A DNA stretch of 64,000 nucleotides. It comes from Antedon mediterranea. Lineage: Eukaryota > Animalia > Echinodermata. Positions within the stretch are counted from its first letter, which is position 1; each line of letters starts with the position of its first letter. Below the pieces are notes generated by a model, which did no database searches, was not told where the DNA came from, and worked only from the letters and a program-made list of their open reading frames with translations. The translations under genes were made by a program, and so were the position numbers. Positions 36,746-50,053 of this stretch are shown here, piece after piece. The stretch lies in assembly GCF_964355755.1 (NCBI RefSeq), contig NC_092673.1, forward strand, positions 13,674,948-13,738,947. The letters are read 5' to 3'.

Positions 36746-38438
36746 GATTCATTTGCATTTAAAAGTTGTCTGTGTTTTTTAGGATTTCCTGTAGACCCTG
36801 TTCCTGATTGTACAATTCAAAATTTGTAAATCATCTGATAAGTCAAGTTTAGACTAGTTATGATTAAATGTCCAGAGCAAATTTTAAGAAATGCAATTCA
36901 ATTTAAAAAAGATACTTAATAATCATATTTACTCTTTTTCCTATTTGGAGTTAATGGTGTTGTATCCAATGCTAAAAACAAAACTTCATCGCTTTCAGTT
37001 TTTTGACTGCTGGATGGTTGATTTTCTTGAGAACATTTTATTTTCTTGGATTACGCTGTCTGAATTCTCAACTGCCTCTTTAGGCCCTCAATTTCTATAG
37101 CTTGAGATTTTATTCGAAAATCATAGTCGGAAAAAGTCTGTTCAATTATACTTTGCCGGTTCTTTCGGCAGTATTTCTCAATTTTCTATCTGCAAATTTC
37201 ACTTGCTTCATTAGTTCCTTGTTCATTTTATATACAGTATATATATATATATTTTTTATTAAAAAATATCTTCTGTAGGAACTGAACCAGTGATTTTATA
37301 TAAACATTGTTGCAATCAAGAAATCTTGTTATTAAACAATTCTATTTCTTCATTGTCTTCCTCCTTAATCCTTCTCATCTTCTTTATTATCATCGTGGTA
37401 AATGCATCCACTTGATCGGCTTCTGCACTCCCTTTGATTACATCTATAAATAGTTCAGTGTCTGTTACTGCTCCACTCTCATACCTGAACAATTTAAATT
37501 AATTAAATATTTTGTCATGCCTACCACACTCTTGCATGCACTAAACCTTTTTAATAAACAATTATTATAGATATTACATATTAATTAATTAATGATTACT
37601 TTAATTTTTTAAGCAATTATGAGGAGTTTAATAAATACTGCATCTTAGCATTCTGCCCCTTTACAGTCATAAAAATATGCTGAGTGAAAAGTACTTGCAT
37701 GCTTTTCTGTCTTTGTGCTTTTTACTTTTGGTCTCTTCGACCAAGCTTTTTAACCACTGCTAAAAATTTAAATTAAAAAGGTTTTATAAATTTTAGATCG
37801 TCATTATTTCTTAAGAAGCTGTCCGATGTCAAGGTTAGTTTACTAATTATTGGTTTGAAAAAAAGAACATTTCCAAATAAAGTAAATACTTATTCAACTT
37901 TTTAAAGCCATCTTGTCCTTTTGGACATTGTCTTTTGAGCTTTTTGAATGTAGGTTCAATTTGCCCTTCAGGCAAGTTCGGAAGGGTCATTATGTTGTTG
38001 ATATATCATCTGGTGGCCGATGTACGTGTGTACTGTTTTGTAAGTGTATATTTTTTAACCTTCGGGAGATTACGCTAATAATATGTTTAAAGCGTTTCGA
38101 CCTTTTATTGGTGTTGTTATTGTAATAAGCTGTTCTACATTTCTCTTGTGTGGAAAAATGCCATATTTTATTTTTGTAATGTATATACTACAGTGTACTA
38201 ATTAATAAATACATCAACAAATAGTAATTCATAAATCAACATTACGGCAGTAATTTCAAGATAATAATGATCCCCTGATGTAAATAACATTACACTATCT
38301 CTTTTTGAGCATAGAAATTAGTACAATGTAAGTTTTAAGTAAAGGTTAACCATATACTGTTCATTTTAATTTTTTACAAACAAAAATGGTAATCAGCTTC
38401 TATGCTCATGTTTAACAACAATAAACAACAATATTGTA

Positions 38439-38580
38439 CCTTTCTCTATATTGCTTGGGCCCAGTGGAATCCGCATCCCCTGAGTTCAACTTGGGGCAGC
38501 AGCTTTCCAAATGCTGACCAGATTCCAGTCTCAAAATCGGCTATCACTTGGCAGACTTTTGGTGCATGCAGCAGTGCTGC
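38439..38580 (-). pseudogene. MULE transposase catalytic exon
   Basis: AG|..VIADFETGIWSAFGKLLPQVELRGCGFHWAQAI*RK|GT contains the DFE and CxFH motifs and an in-frame stop. Confidence 0.85.
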
Positions 38581-38647
38581 TAAAATTGTTGATTAGCACT
38601 AAAGATTAGTAAACACATTAAAATTAATTAATAAGACACAAAATAAA

Positions 38648-39059
38648 TTTTGTTATTTATTGCTATCTTTGGACAGAATAACAAAATAATATTTTCTTTT
38701 ATAAATCAGAACAACAAAAATTTTGTTATATACAGTAAACATAAAAGTGCCATGCGTTAAGCATGCCAAACTATCGAAAAACATTATTGTTACTGTATCT
38801 GTAGGTTTGGGCCTTAAAACGTATTTATAGGACTACAAACAGTCATAATATTAAACTAAATTTTACCTGTTTGCATTATGTCTTTTTTGTACGACATAAT
38901 GTTCTGCATAGCCTGCGACACAAGGTTTTCCAATTTTTTTTTACATTTTGCTAATCCCTGTCCGCAGTTGGATTTGTTTGCTTGACGGCAGCTGTTATTT
39001 CTTGCCAGGCTTGTGTTTTTTGTTTGTACGTTATATTGCTATCGAAAGCAGCTCTTAAA
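38648..39059 (-). repeat. Duplicate of 43691-44038 (Myb/SANT exon plus intron)
   Basis: Near-identical direct copy of ~350-400 bp encoding LRAAFDSNITYKQKTQAWQEITAAVKQTNPTADRD. Confidence 0.9.
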
Positions 39060-39159
39060 CTTTCTATAGTTATACAGATATCACCGAGGGACAGTAGCAG
39101 AATCGGTTGAAAAATGTATGAATTAATTAATTGTATTGAAGTATGGAAAAGTGGTTACT

Positions 39160-41064
39160 TACTTTACGTCTGTGTAGGTTTTGTAACACATCTTCTTAAA
39201 TAGATTCACACACAAAAAATCATATGCCTGAAAAAGAAAGACATGATCTTTACCATTGAACCAAAAAATTGTATAATGCCTATTATTTATTTACACGTAC
39301 AGTATGTATATCAATAAAAAAAAAACTTTATATATTTTCCATAGACTACCTCATCTTCAAAGACATCTTCGGCAAAACCAGCAATATTTTTTTCTCGAAG
39401 TTTGACTTCATGGGGACTCTCCAGGACAAATTCCTGAATAATTTACCTACATTAACTTTGTTTAAATATTAATTATACAGTGGTAATTGCAATGTTTGTT
39501 GTAATATTTTGCTATTAATATTTTTTACAGCTATATATATATATCATAGTTTATACATAAAGTATCTTACTTTGCACATGTAACATTTCCTTGCATAATT
39601 TCAAGAATTCTTTTTCTTGTAATTTCAAACTGAAATAAATAAATTAATGCTGTTTATTTTCAATCATTCTCATTACAAATTTGAATGAATTCACATGAAA
39701 TTATGTTGCTCACCTTTGAAAGTATGTAATCTTCAGTTATTTTTGAATGGTTTCTGAAAAAAAATGTATCAATTGTTGTTATTTTACAATATAGTGTAAT
39801 AAAGGAGATGATAATCGTACAAGAGAAATATACAATGTACCTACCTGGTTGACTTTTTCTGGGTACAACTTGAAATAGTTGTGCCACACACCCAATTATC
39901 TGAAAACCGTTTCTGTAATTAAACGTTATTATTATTTCAACAGCGTTCAAAATTCGTCAATCTATTTATATGTATGTACGTGCATATGCTATTTTATCAA
40001 CATGTTTCAATCCAATGGATCAATTTACTATCTATGAATGTTATATTAATGTTAATGGTACTACAGAAATTTATCATAGTAGTGTACCTACCTTTGGTGG
40101 ACAAGCCCTCAGGTTATGTTGTCCTATCGGTTCTATTGACGTATAATGTAGACCTGTGACATAACCCAAGTGAATGGTTGGTAGATTAGTTTTACTTGGA
40201 GGACATATTTCTCTTGTTAATGTTGCCGATATTAATTTGATGTTGCACCGTAACATCCAAGCAGCCGCTGTTAAAACAATCTAGTCACCCCAGACACCAG
40301 GCGTCTTTACATTACGGATGAACTGATCCCACGTCAAATTCATATCTAAAATGTCTTGTGTTACTTTCTCCTGCAATTAAAATCATTTAAATGATAAGAT
40401 GTATATAATATTTGAATAGATAAGCCGCCTCGACCGTGCATAGCATTCGAAACTCACCTGTGTCTTGTGTGCCTCAAGGAATTCAGCAATCGAATTTCGC
40501 AAATCAATGTGCGTGACACCAGTCCATTTCAAAAAGGTATTGGCTTGATATGCAAGGGCATGGTAAAGGCAGTTTCCATCACCTGGTGTTGCCGGTGTTG
40601 ACAACTTTAAACCACATTGCACAAGTTTTTCTTTTAACTACTCTACCCAGTTCGATTCATCTGATGCAGTCTTACGAGACGCATTTATTGCATCAATTAT
40701 ACTTGGGGTTTCTTCAACATAAGCTGTTAAATGGAAAAACAAATATAAATATCATCATACATTTTATCATTGCGTAGTAGAAGTAGTATCTTAAAGAAAA
40801 TATCTTGCCATTCATATCATCGTCCCAAGATTCTGGAAGCGAGTCAATGACGTGATGAAATTGTGTTGTTGGCATTGCATTGACGGCAACAGTGTCACTG
40901 TCGTCTATTGATGCCGTTGTTTCGCTTCCAAGCGACAGGATTTCATAATCTTCTGTCCTTGTTTGAGGTGTTTCATTTACGATGCAATCGGAAAGAACAT
41001 CGACGTCGTCTGTTATCATAACGGTATCAGTTCCAATATCATCTAAAATGGATAGTCGAAACAA
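39160..41064 (-). pseudogene. Multi-exon gene remnant with an OTU cysteine-protease domain
   Basis: TPGDGNCLYHALAYQ..LRNSIAEFL|intron|..WDQFIRNVKTPGVWGD*IVLTAAA..IHLGYVTGLHYTSIE (catalytic Cys and His present, one stop). Further GT-AG exons at ~39628-39570, 39448-39349 and 39226-39167. Confidence 0.8.
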
Positions 41065-42221
41065 TTTAATTTAAATATCGGGCACCGTACCCCCTTCTTA
41101 AAAAAAGTAGGTGCATTTATACCAATTTAACCACATACAGTATGTTCACATAATTATGTCAAAGGTCATAAATTGTATTTCCGGTCATTTTATGTGAAAA
41201 TGTTTCATTACTACAAATATAAATGTATTTATTCTGAACAAAATGACACCAAAATCGATTGAAAATGACCAGTAGTTACAGAGATATACAAATACGAGGT
41301 CAAAGGTCAAACTGTAAGAAACGTCATTTCCGGTCATTTTTGGACGAAACTTTTCATTAGAGCAAATAGAAATATATAGTTTGTGAACAATTTGAGACCA
41401 GAATTAAGTCTCTAATGTGTATAGTTGCCAAGATATGAACATTTTTTGTTTTTATGGTGGCCATTTTGAAATCAAGATGGCCGCCATACCGGACGTTGGA
41501 CACTTGGCACCCGCCGATATTTTGAATCTATATACATCAAAGAAACTTTGTGCCAAGTTTCATGCTTTGGTAATAAAATGCACAGCTCAGGTCATTAACT
41601 GCTCTACTATAAGATGAATTTTAGTATAAGTTATTTACGTTATCGCTTTCTGACCTTATCTTGATATCAGTTTAATCTAGCTAAGTCAATTTTTCACAGT
41701 ATATTCATAATGGCCAGGAATCGATATGGTTATGTTTTCACGGTGTGCAATAAAAAATTACGCGGTCTACGCACGATTTAACAAAATCACGTTTGTAATC
41801 ATATCTTCACAACCATGAATCACAATTAAATAAAATTTGGTACTCGCGCGCTAAAAATTGTCAAAATTTATTTTCGGTGAAATAAGAGTACGTTTCAGGC
41901 AATTTTAAGCGTTTACAAAATTGCCATGAGTGCGCAGATTGTTGCGCGCGCACTGCGCGTTAAATGTTATTGCGCACTCTTTTTGCCCGATTTCTGTTTT
42001 CTTGACTTACTTTTCAACTCGAAATTACGTTATACGAGCACGTCAAAAGTTTAAACAGTTCAACATTTTTAAACATGTTCAGTAATTTCGGTCAGTTGGT
42101 AGGTTGGTCGGTAAACACTAATGAGCATGCGACTGCAGCCACCTATATGGCCTTGTTTAAAATAAATGCATAAGCACATCAAACATTACCTGGTCAGTTT
42201 GTATCCTAACTCCTATCCTAA

Positions 42222-42788
42222 TTACCTCCGCCAAGGAGGTTATGTTTTCACCCCTGTATGTTTGTGTGTCTGTGAACAGCCTGGAGGCCACAGTTTTTAT
42301 CCGATTCTAACCAAATTTGGACACAATGATCTATGCCCAAAAATCTCGGACGAGTTCGAATTTGAGGGGGAAAGGTCATAGGTCAAGGTCACAACTAACA
42401 AAAAACTATATTACTGCCTACAGACCACAGTTTTGATCCGATTCTCACCAAACTTAGCCACAATGATCAATGACTCATCATATAATTTTGGTTACATTTT
42501 GAAGGGTCAGGGTTAAAGATCAAGGTCCACAAAAAAAAAAAAAAATTAATAAAAAAATTTAAAAAAACTCTCAGCAGGACTTGAACCAGGGACTTGAACC
42601 AGGGACCTTAACTGTGAGAGGCTGGATACATAACCATTACACCAAACACTCATCCACAACTTTGTAGTGTGCAGTTAGCCTATTTACACTTTAGAACTAA
42701 TAAAAAAAAAAAAACATTTTCGGGGGGAATTTTATGTAGGGGAATTTTACAGTAGGCGGAGGTTTGTACTCTCGGAGTACCCTCTAGT
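42222..42788 (+). mobile_element. Helentron/HINE (DINE-1-like) non-autonomous element
   Basis: TTACCTCCGCCAAGGAGGTTATGTTTT start, microsatellite-like TGTTTGTGTGTCTG, 3' GGCGGAGG, hairpin TACTCTCGGAGTA and CTAGTT end. Confidence 0.8.
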
Positions 42789-42858
42789 TGATATTATTTC
42801 TGCATGTATTTGTAATTATAATATTGATTATTTTATCCAATTAAAAAAAAACACTAAC

Positions 42859-43610
42859 CTGTGAGTAACCCATTCATCAGCTTCTCTTTTTTTACGTTCG
42901 TCCAAAAGTCTTCAATGTCAACGGTCGCTCTCATCTGTAAGGTCCGGCAGCTCCAACTCTGAAACTACAATTTCAAGGTGGTTTGCTATGTATTACTTCT
43001 AATAATCTGAAGTAAATTGCTTATACGTATCCTCCATTTATATTTCTGGGATGAGACTGGGCGGGGATTACACACATTTTTTTTAAATTGCTAATGATAT
43101 AGGCCTACTGAATAGTCAGTCCATGAACTTACCATCCAATGAAAAACATGCCTTTTTCTGCAAGTTCGTTGTAAGGATAGGGGGATGAATACCACATGCA
43201 ACACATGTAAAATTATAAGATCGGTCACTTAAGGCTTCGAAGTGCTCCAAACCACATAGTAATACTTTTGATGGTAGTTTTTCGTTTATGGTGTTTTCTA
43301 AAGCATGAAGGACACTACTGGCAGCCGTGTGACTCTGAAAAAAAAAGAGATACATACTGGGTGATACTTCGCCCCAATCGAGATTCGAACCCGACGCTAT
43401 AACCAATTGAGGTAGGCCAAAACAATAGATGCTATTTGTGGTTGTGAAGATGGTGATGGTAATAATGATAAACGATAACTTACCATCTGACTGTGGCGTA
43501 AAAACACAAGTAGGTGCAAGGATATTAACCAGTTGTCGTTGTAATTATGAATTCCGTCTGTGTACTCTTGGTATCGGTAAGTCAATGAACACAAGTTGCA
43601 TTGTTTGAAT
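42859..43610 (-). pseudogene. HMGXB3-like CxC/KDZ (Zisupton-type) transposase exons
   Basis: CNLCSLTYRYQEYTDGIHNYND..LRHSQM|; SHTAASSV..HFEALSDRSYNFTCVACGIHPPIL..KKACF|; VDIEDFWTNVKKE, joined by GT-AG introns. Confidence 0.7.
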
Positions 43611-43848
43611 CTTAAATGAATAAATTTATATATTTGTATTGTTCTGCTAATACTACAATATTATTGTTATACTGTACAAATACATACATATTTTGTTATT
43701 TATTGCTATCTTTGGACTGAAAAATTTCGTTATATAAGTAACATAAAAGTGCCATGCGTTAAGCATGCCAAACTATCGAAAAACATTATTGTTACTGTAT
43801 CTGTAGGTTTGGGCCTTAAAACAGTCATAATATTAAACTAAATTTTAC

Positions 43849-44117
43849 CTGTTTGCATTATGTCTTTTTTGTGAGACATAATATTCCCCATAGCCTGCGA
43901 CAAAGGTTTTCCAATTTTTTTACATTTTGCTAATCCCTGTCTGCAGTTGGATTTGTTTGCTTGACGGCAGCTGTTATTTCTTGCCAGGCTTGTGTTTTTT
44001 GTTTGTACGTTATATTGCTATCGAAAGCAGCTCTTAAAATATTTGTTCGTTTTCCGTATTCGGCAACACCTCCTTTTCTTCATCTTTCCAATCAGGTTTT
44101 TGTTTTTTTGCTGCCAT
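43849..44117 (-). pseudogene. Myb/SANT-like (Myb_DNA-bind_5 type) Harbinger accessory exon
   Basis: MAAKKQKPDWKDEEKEVL..ILRAAFDSNITYKQKTQAWQEITAAV..R..VKN; frameshifted, ends at a GTAAA donor. Confidence 0.7.
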
Positions 44118-44439
44118 TTTTTTTTTGCTAGCAAAAGTTTTTATTGAATATGCAAATGAGGTTTTTATGAGGGAAAATGATTGGATATTTTTCCCTTAAG
44201 TGTTTTACTTAAAAGTACGCTAAATTTATTTTAATTGTATAGGAGTATTTTAAATTGTGTAACACAGTAATACAAATTAATTAAATTTTTTATATATTCT
44301 GTATATTTTTTATTCATTTTTAACTTGTATTAAGTTGTATGTTACAGGGATTGCGGACACAAATGTGTTATGGTGCTCTGTTGCTGTCGCAATCCCTGGA
44401 CCGCTTGTTGTCGAATAAAGAAATGAAAAAATGAAATAA

Positions 44440-45135
44440 GTGTTTTTTTTTCCTTTGTTAAGGGTATTTGCTGCTGCATTTGTTGTTGTTGTTGCAGTTG
44501 TTGCTGTTGAAAAGCCTCAAATCGTCTCTCCCTTCCTCTTTCTTCTGCCCTCCTTCTTTCTTCTTCCTCTTTTTTCCTCTCCATCTCCTCCCTTCGCAGT
44601 TGCTGATCCATCTCCATTTTTTTCTGAATTATACTGAGTGCGTCATTCCCACTGTTCCTCCTCTACTTTCACCACCAAGCCTAAAAATAAATTTACAAAA
44701 ATAATCTGCCTCTACATTTTACATATATTTGGCATTACCTTTTCCGTGTTTCTCCAAATGTTTCGCATGCACGTTTTCTCATTTCTGCACCATCAGCCTT
44801 TTTCTTCTCTTCAACTCCTCTTTCCTTTGGTAACATTTCTATGTCCTCTTTTTCTTGGATGAATTTCTTTAATACTTTCCCTTATTTGCTTTTCCTCATC
44901 TGTCTCCTCTACTGCAATTCCACTGGCTGCCTTTTTTTTGTTAGTTTTTCCTTTCACCTTATCCATCAAATAAGATATGCGATCTCGCACTGCCCGTCTG
45001 TCAACTTTGTATTCACAGGCCTTCATTGCATCAGCCATGCCTTTCCCCGCTCAGTTGTGCCCTCTTGAACTGGAAAGATCTAGCCAAAATTACTTCTCCT
45101 ATTGGGATCTGATCCTTTTGGTTGTCCCAGATCAT
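44440..45135 (-). pseudogene. Harbinger-type accessory ORF remnant (Myb-like plus coiled-coil/Gln-rich)
   Basis: FQFKRGTTERGKAW / ADAMKACEYKVDRRAVRDRISYLMDK..KAASGIAVEETDEE, followed by E/R-rich and polyQ exons. Confidence 0.6.
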
Positions 45136-45912
45136 GCTGAAATAAATATAATAATAAAATCACATAATTTATGATAGTGCTTTTTTAATGTAATATTTTC
45201 TCATCAATTCAGTGTAGGAGTTTTTAATCTAATGAAGTAATAAATAAAAATAAATAATATAGCTTGAACTATCCACTTTATACAATCAATCAGGCTAATA
45301 TTGATTAATATTGATAACACATTTATTTTAGACTGAAAACAGCATATTATTATATGATATTATATGTTTTATGCATACAAAAAAAAAGTTTACAATAATA
45401 ATAATTATATTAAAATAAATGTAAAAAGTAAGCACTATTAAATTATCCAAAAAAGATCTTAAAATTAAATATATCAACTAAAAAATAAAAAAATAAATTA
45501 GTTATATTTTATAAATGCTGGCAACTACTGTATCTTAACAAAAAACAAGTAACTAACCGGTTTGTACTCTTTTGCTCTTTTGTCTTAATTTCTTCTGCCT
45601 GTTTTAAAAAAAAAAATATAAAAAATCAAGATAAAATGTACACAAGCTTGTTTACAGTATTTCTTACAGGTATAACGATATATTTTCCTTTTTGCTTAAG
45701 CGTCTAGCTGGCAGAATGTTAAATGTGATTTTATTACTGACAATGCTTGTGCAAGGCCACTTCGCATACCACCAACTACTCACTTTCGCCTGTTAAATGA
45801 TGCATGGATGAGCTCACCAGGCCAAGACCCACTTTCCAGTGCAAATGATCAACATGCCCATCATGTGGATTTTTGGAGTTATAGAAAATTCATTTTCTTT
45901 GTAGGTTTTTAA

Positions 45913-46492
45913 AGCTCAGGTACAGACATGAATTTTAAATATAATATTTGGTTAATTGTACATAAATCAAATATTTGTAACAGAAATCGAGACGAAAAAA
46001 CATGAATTTCCCTTAATATGGTCAAATACAAAATTTGGCAAAATTCCATAAAAACCAGGAAGACTTTTTTTCAGTAGTTAGGTAGTTAACCTAATGTAAT
46101 AACATGTCCCTAGACGGTGAAAAAAGATGGTGGATATACGGTGGATAATTTTTGCTATAGCATGAAAATAAAAATCTGAAGTTGAATAAAAATATCAGAA
46201 ATGTAATATTCAAGTTATACCTATATTTAGTCATCTGATAACATTTTTTTACCACACCATTTATTTTTCACAGCTTTTTAAAATGCCTCTCTATTTACAA
46301 AATGTGTATACAAAAGAATAGAGATTTTACTGTGTAATTTGAACTATCCCCCCACTGATATGAAAATGCTTATTTTCAACAAGCTCGTGTAACACAAATA
46401 AAATCCCAAAAATTATGAAACATAGGGGAAACTATAGATCGATAATTATTGGAATGTATGATCAATAGAAATTTTTTGCCCGCACCTGGCCT
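45913..46492. mobile_element. Possible old TTAA-targeting (Kolobok-type) non-autonomous element
   Basis: TTAA|AGCTCAGGTAC ... GCACCTGGCCT|TTAA; TIRs are imperfect. Confidence 0.45.
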
Positions 46493-46949
46493 TTAAGAAG
46501 TCTTGATGTTTAATTCTGGAAAAACAAAAGGCAATGTATTGTTTGTTTTTTTTAATCTCTTTATTCATCAATATTATTATCAAACTATTTTTAACATTTG
46601 GGGGCAATTTATTGAACAGATGTGGAAATAAATTAAAACTATATTATAATGAGCAGAATTCGTTCTTGAAACACTATGGACAAATACTACAAAATTAAGG
46701 TGTCACAAATTTTAAGTAATGTACCCCTCTATTGAAATATCAATTTCCTTGTATAAGGCGCTTAACATGGGCGCTAGGAATTTCAAACTCGGTTTCCATT
46801 AAAACCTGGACTTCACCCAACTGAAGGAAAACTTCCAATATTGTAAAAACTGACCTTGAACCTGGTTTCCAATGAAACTCTTTCCATGATTGATATGCTT
46901 GTCCAGCAACTCCATGCTGGCTTAAAACATTGAAATATAGATTGATTGA

Positions 46950-47240
46950 AATATATATTTATACTGGGTAACCTCTTCAGTCAAAGACTGTTCTTCCAGA
47001 GGGCCGGCCCAGATGGTGATCAGTGGCTGTGATGTACTAGTACACCGGGGTAACCCTCTACTCGTCTCGAAAGATGTACTAGCTTCTTTAAAGTGCACAC
47101 GAGCTAGATGTTTATAGTCCTTATCCGAGAAGACTCGTTCTACCACCAGAACCATGGAGTGAGTGAGCCTCGAACCCCTGCCGATGTTATGGCTACGTAA
47201 TTACGGTTCCACTGTCTTAACCGCTCGGCCACTCACTCAC
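46950..47240 (-). mobile_element. tRNA-derived SINE (Meta-SINE-like body)
   Basis: Head GTGAGTGAG-TGGCCGAGCGG (A box)..GGTTCGAGG (B box)-CTCACTCAC; body TCTCGGATAAGGACTATAAAC..GCACTTTAAAGAA..GAGTAGAGGGTTACCCCGGTGT; AT-rich tail. Confidence 0.8.
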
Positions 47241-47970
47241 ATTATCTAGTCTAGCCTTATAAATGCTAATGGCAGATCTTCCTTGATTTCAATTATTTCA
47301 GGTTGGCAGCTGCCTCAATATCCCACTCAAATTTTGTTGCTCCATCGCTTAGATTTCTTTGTGAGAGCTCAATAATTTTGTGATCAATTGCATTTATTTC
47401 AACCTCATAAAGCCGATTTTCCAATAGGTGAATTTGTTTTTTAGAATCGAAAGCGTCATGCTATGCGCATACGTATTCGAGTTTCTTCGCTACTTTTTGC
47501 CAATCACAGAGCTGCTCAAGAAATGAGTTGTCGATCATCCAGATTTCTCAAATTGCTCATACAGTACAACCGCGCGCAGGTTTAAAAAAATATTTTTGAG
47601 TGATATTAATATGGAGTGCAGCGAAATTGAAATTGAATGATACGGTCTGGAGCAGTCTCTACGTCTTTACAAAATGTGATTTCTGCATGAAAAATAAGGT
47701 AACAACTGTCAGGAACTGTCAAGCTACTACAAGTAGTTGTACTAATATTACTATAATTGCTTTTTGATATAGAATAATAAATAGACAGATTTAACATAAG
47801 AACTGCTAATTTAATGAATCGTTGCAAATAATTATATACTGTATACGTCTACTAAAACTGTTACATTTCAATTAAATCGGATTAATTAAAACAAATAATT
47901 ATTTTGTTTAGTGTTATTTATAATGCAAAAAAGTATTGTACTGTGCTGTAGTATACTGTAATTAAGTTTG

Positions 47971-48120
47971 GTTAACTAATCCCCATTGTCATTGTACAGT
48001 GTTAACTAATCCTCATTGCCATTGTACAGTGTTAACCAATCCCCATTGCCATTGTACAGTGTTAACCAATCCCCATTGCCATTGTACAGTGTTAACTAAT
48101 CCCCATTGCCATTGTACAGT
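47971..48120. repeat. 30-bp minisatellite, 5 copies
   Basis: GTTAACYAATCCCCATTGCCATTGTACAGT repeated in tandem. Confidence 0.95.
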
Positions 48121-50053
48121 GCCTTCATTGTAAAAATAATCTTTATAACCATTTCTGACAGCAGCAGCATCCTTTTCGATGTATCGATTGTTGACCACCA
48201 TGCAAATTAATATCGGCATCTTTCCCCCATTCACTTCAATTGTGACTTGTGCATCGCCTGTTACTAAGTATACGAAGGGCAATCAAACTCAAAAGTTCCT
48301 CAAACGTTGTTGGTGACATTCAAAAGCATCTAAAAAAGTACTCTGCATCATACATCTTCAATTCTTTAATTAACAGGTGGTATTCTCCTTTTTTTCTCTT
48401 TCACTGTAAATCGGTCTAACCTAATACATCTTTCTGTATTTTATTCTTCCTTGTTTCTTTCTTCGAGTTAATAACTTAACAACTTAAATTTGATTAAAAG
48501 AAGCCGGCATTGTCCAATGTTAATCATAGGCCTACAGTAAGAAAATAAGTAAACAAACAAATTCGTCTAGTGGAAAATCAGAGAGACTAGACGATAATTA
48601 ATTAAATTATACATAAAAGTTTGTAATAGCCGGAATAATTACTGGAAAAGTGAGTTTAAGCATGCGAACACTCAAACCATCAGGACCAGAAGCCTTATTT
48701 GCTGTGAAGCTTTTGATAGCAGATTACACCGGACAACGTAAAACACGAAAACCGGCAAGAGATGAAATGTCCAAAGTTGGTGAAGTGAGGCTCGCATAAT
48801 TGGTATTTATTTATACTATTATTATTTCTTTGAAGTTTCAAAACAAATTCTCTCAATTGGCGTCTAGCCTTTGTTTATCTAAAGCAAAGGTAGGTAATTT
48901 CATTATTAATATTGCATACAAATTATGTGTTAACTTTCAGCTATAAGTATAATGTATTAATTCAGTCAAATCGTTGTGAATTTTAAAATAGCATCCATTT
49001 TCTAAAAGAAAATTAATTTCTTTTTCATTTTACACACCTTTTAGATCTAAATCTGAAGCTGGTGATTCCTCTGTCAATTGATGTCAGGATTCTGTTGGAT
49101 TTGTCACAGTTGTTCCAGCTGCACCCTATTTTGCATCCTGTACCAGTCTTGCATCATCATATCTTTCACAACTGTCCAATTAATTATCTCAGTTTTGTTT
49201 ATCTAAAATTTAAAACAAAGGTAGACAATTTAATAGTGGTAGTGCTACAATTTTATAACACTTTGTTGTTTTAACTTTTTCTGACTACAGTATAACTCCT
49301 GTAATAGTAACACAGTGAATTATAAAATAGAGCTGTCACTAAAAAGTGGGGTTCACATGGAACTATGTCTAGAAGAAGTGGATTTAACAATTTTCTACTA
49401 ACTGGACTAACCTTTACAAATCCCGTTCTTTGGCACAATTATGTCTAGTTAATTCAATTTCATAAAAACCTGGTATTGAAGATTTTAAATACTATTATAC
49501 CAATTAATCATTTGTTAAATTTTGTATACTTTTCAGTATAGTAAATATTGTAGGCCTACCATCTTCTCTTATATCTATTATAGACCTCTGTTCCTCATCA
49601 GACATAGTTCATTTAATTTTTTAGGACATTTTACGGTAGTACACAATGAAGAATAACCATATTCTTTGCAATTTAAATGTAAAATATGAAAATTCTTCAA
49701 TTGGGTTAAAAAATTCTTTAATTTCATTGGTGCAAATGAGACTGAAGGTCACCTGATGGGTTGTTAATTGGATTACCGTACCCTCATAAAATAACTGGCT
49801 ATTTTTGGATTTAGTTCTAAATCCAAGCAGCAATAATTGTCCAGAAAAAACCCATCATCCGGACATAATTGAGCGTTCACATCCAAATTATGGCGAGATT
49901 ATATATATAATCTAGTTAAATTAACTAGCCATAGTTCGATGTGAACGCCACTAAAAAGAAAAATAAACAAAAACATAAGGTGTTGTATGAATGAAATTCT
50001 GGTTAGTTAATATTTTTTTTTTTTATTTGTGATGGACGATGGTGGCTGAAGAT

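Noticed and set aside
47155-47240. Functional tRNA gene
   Set aside because: Anticodon and variable arms are irregular and it runs directly into a SINE body and tail.
48013-48282. ORF ending in repeated NTVQWQWGLV
   Set aside because: The repeat part is the 30-bp minisatellite; the remainder has no recognisable domain.
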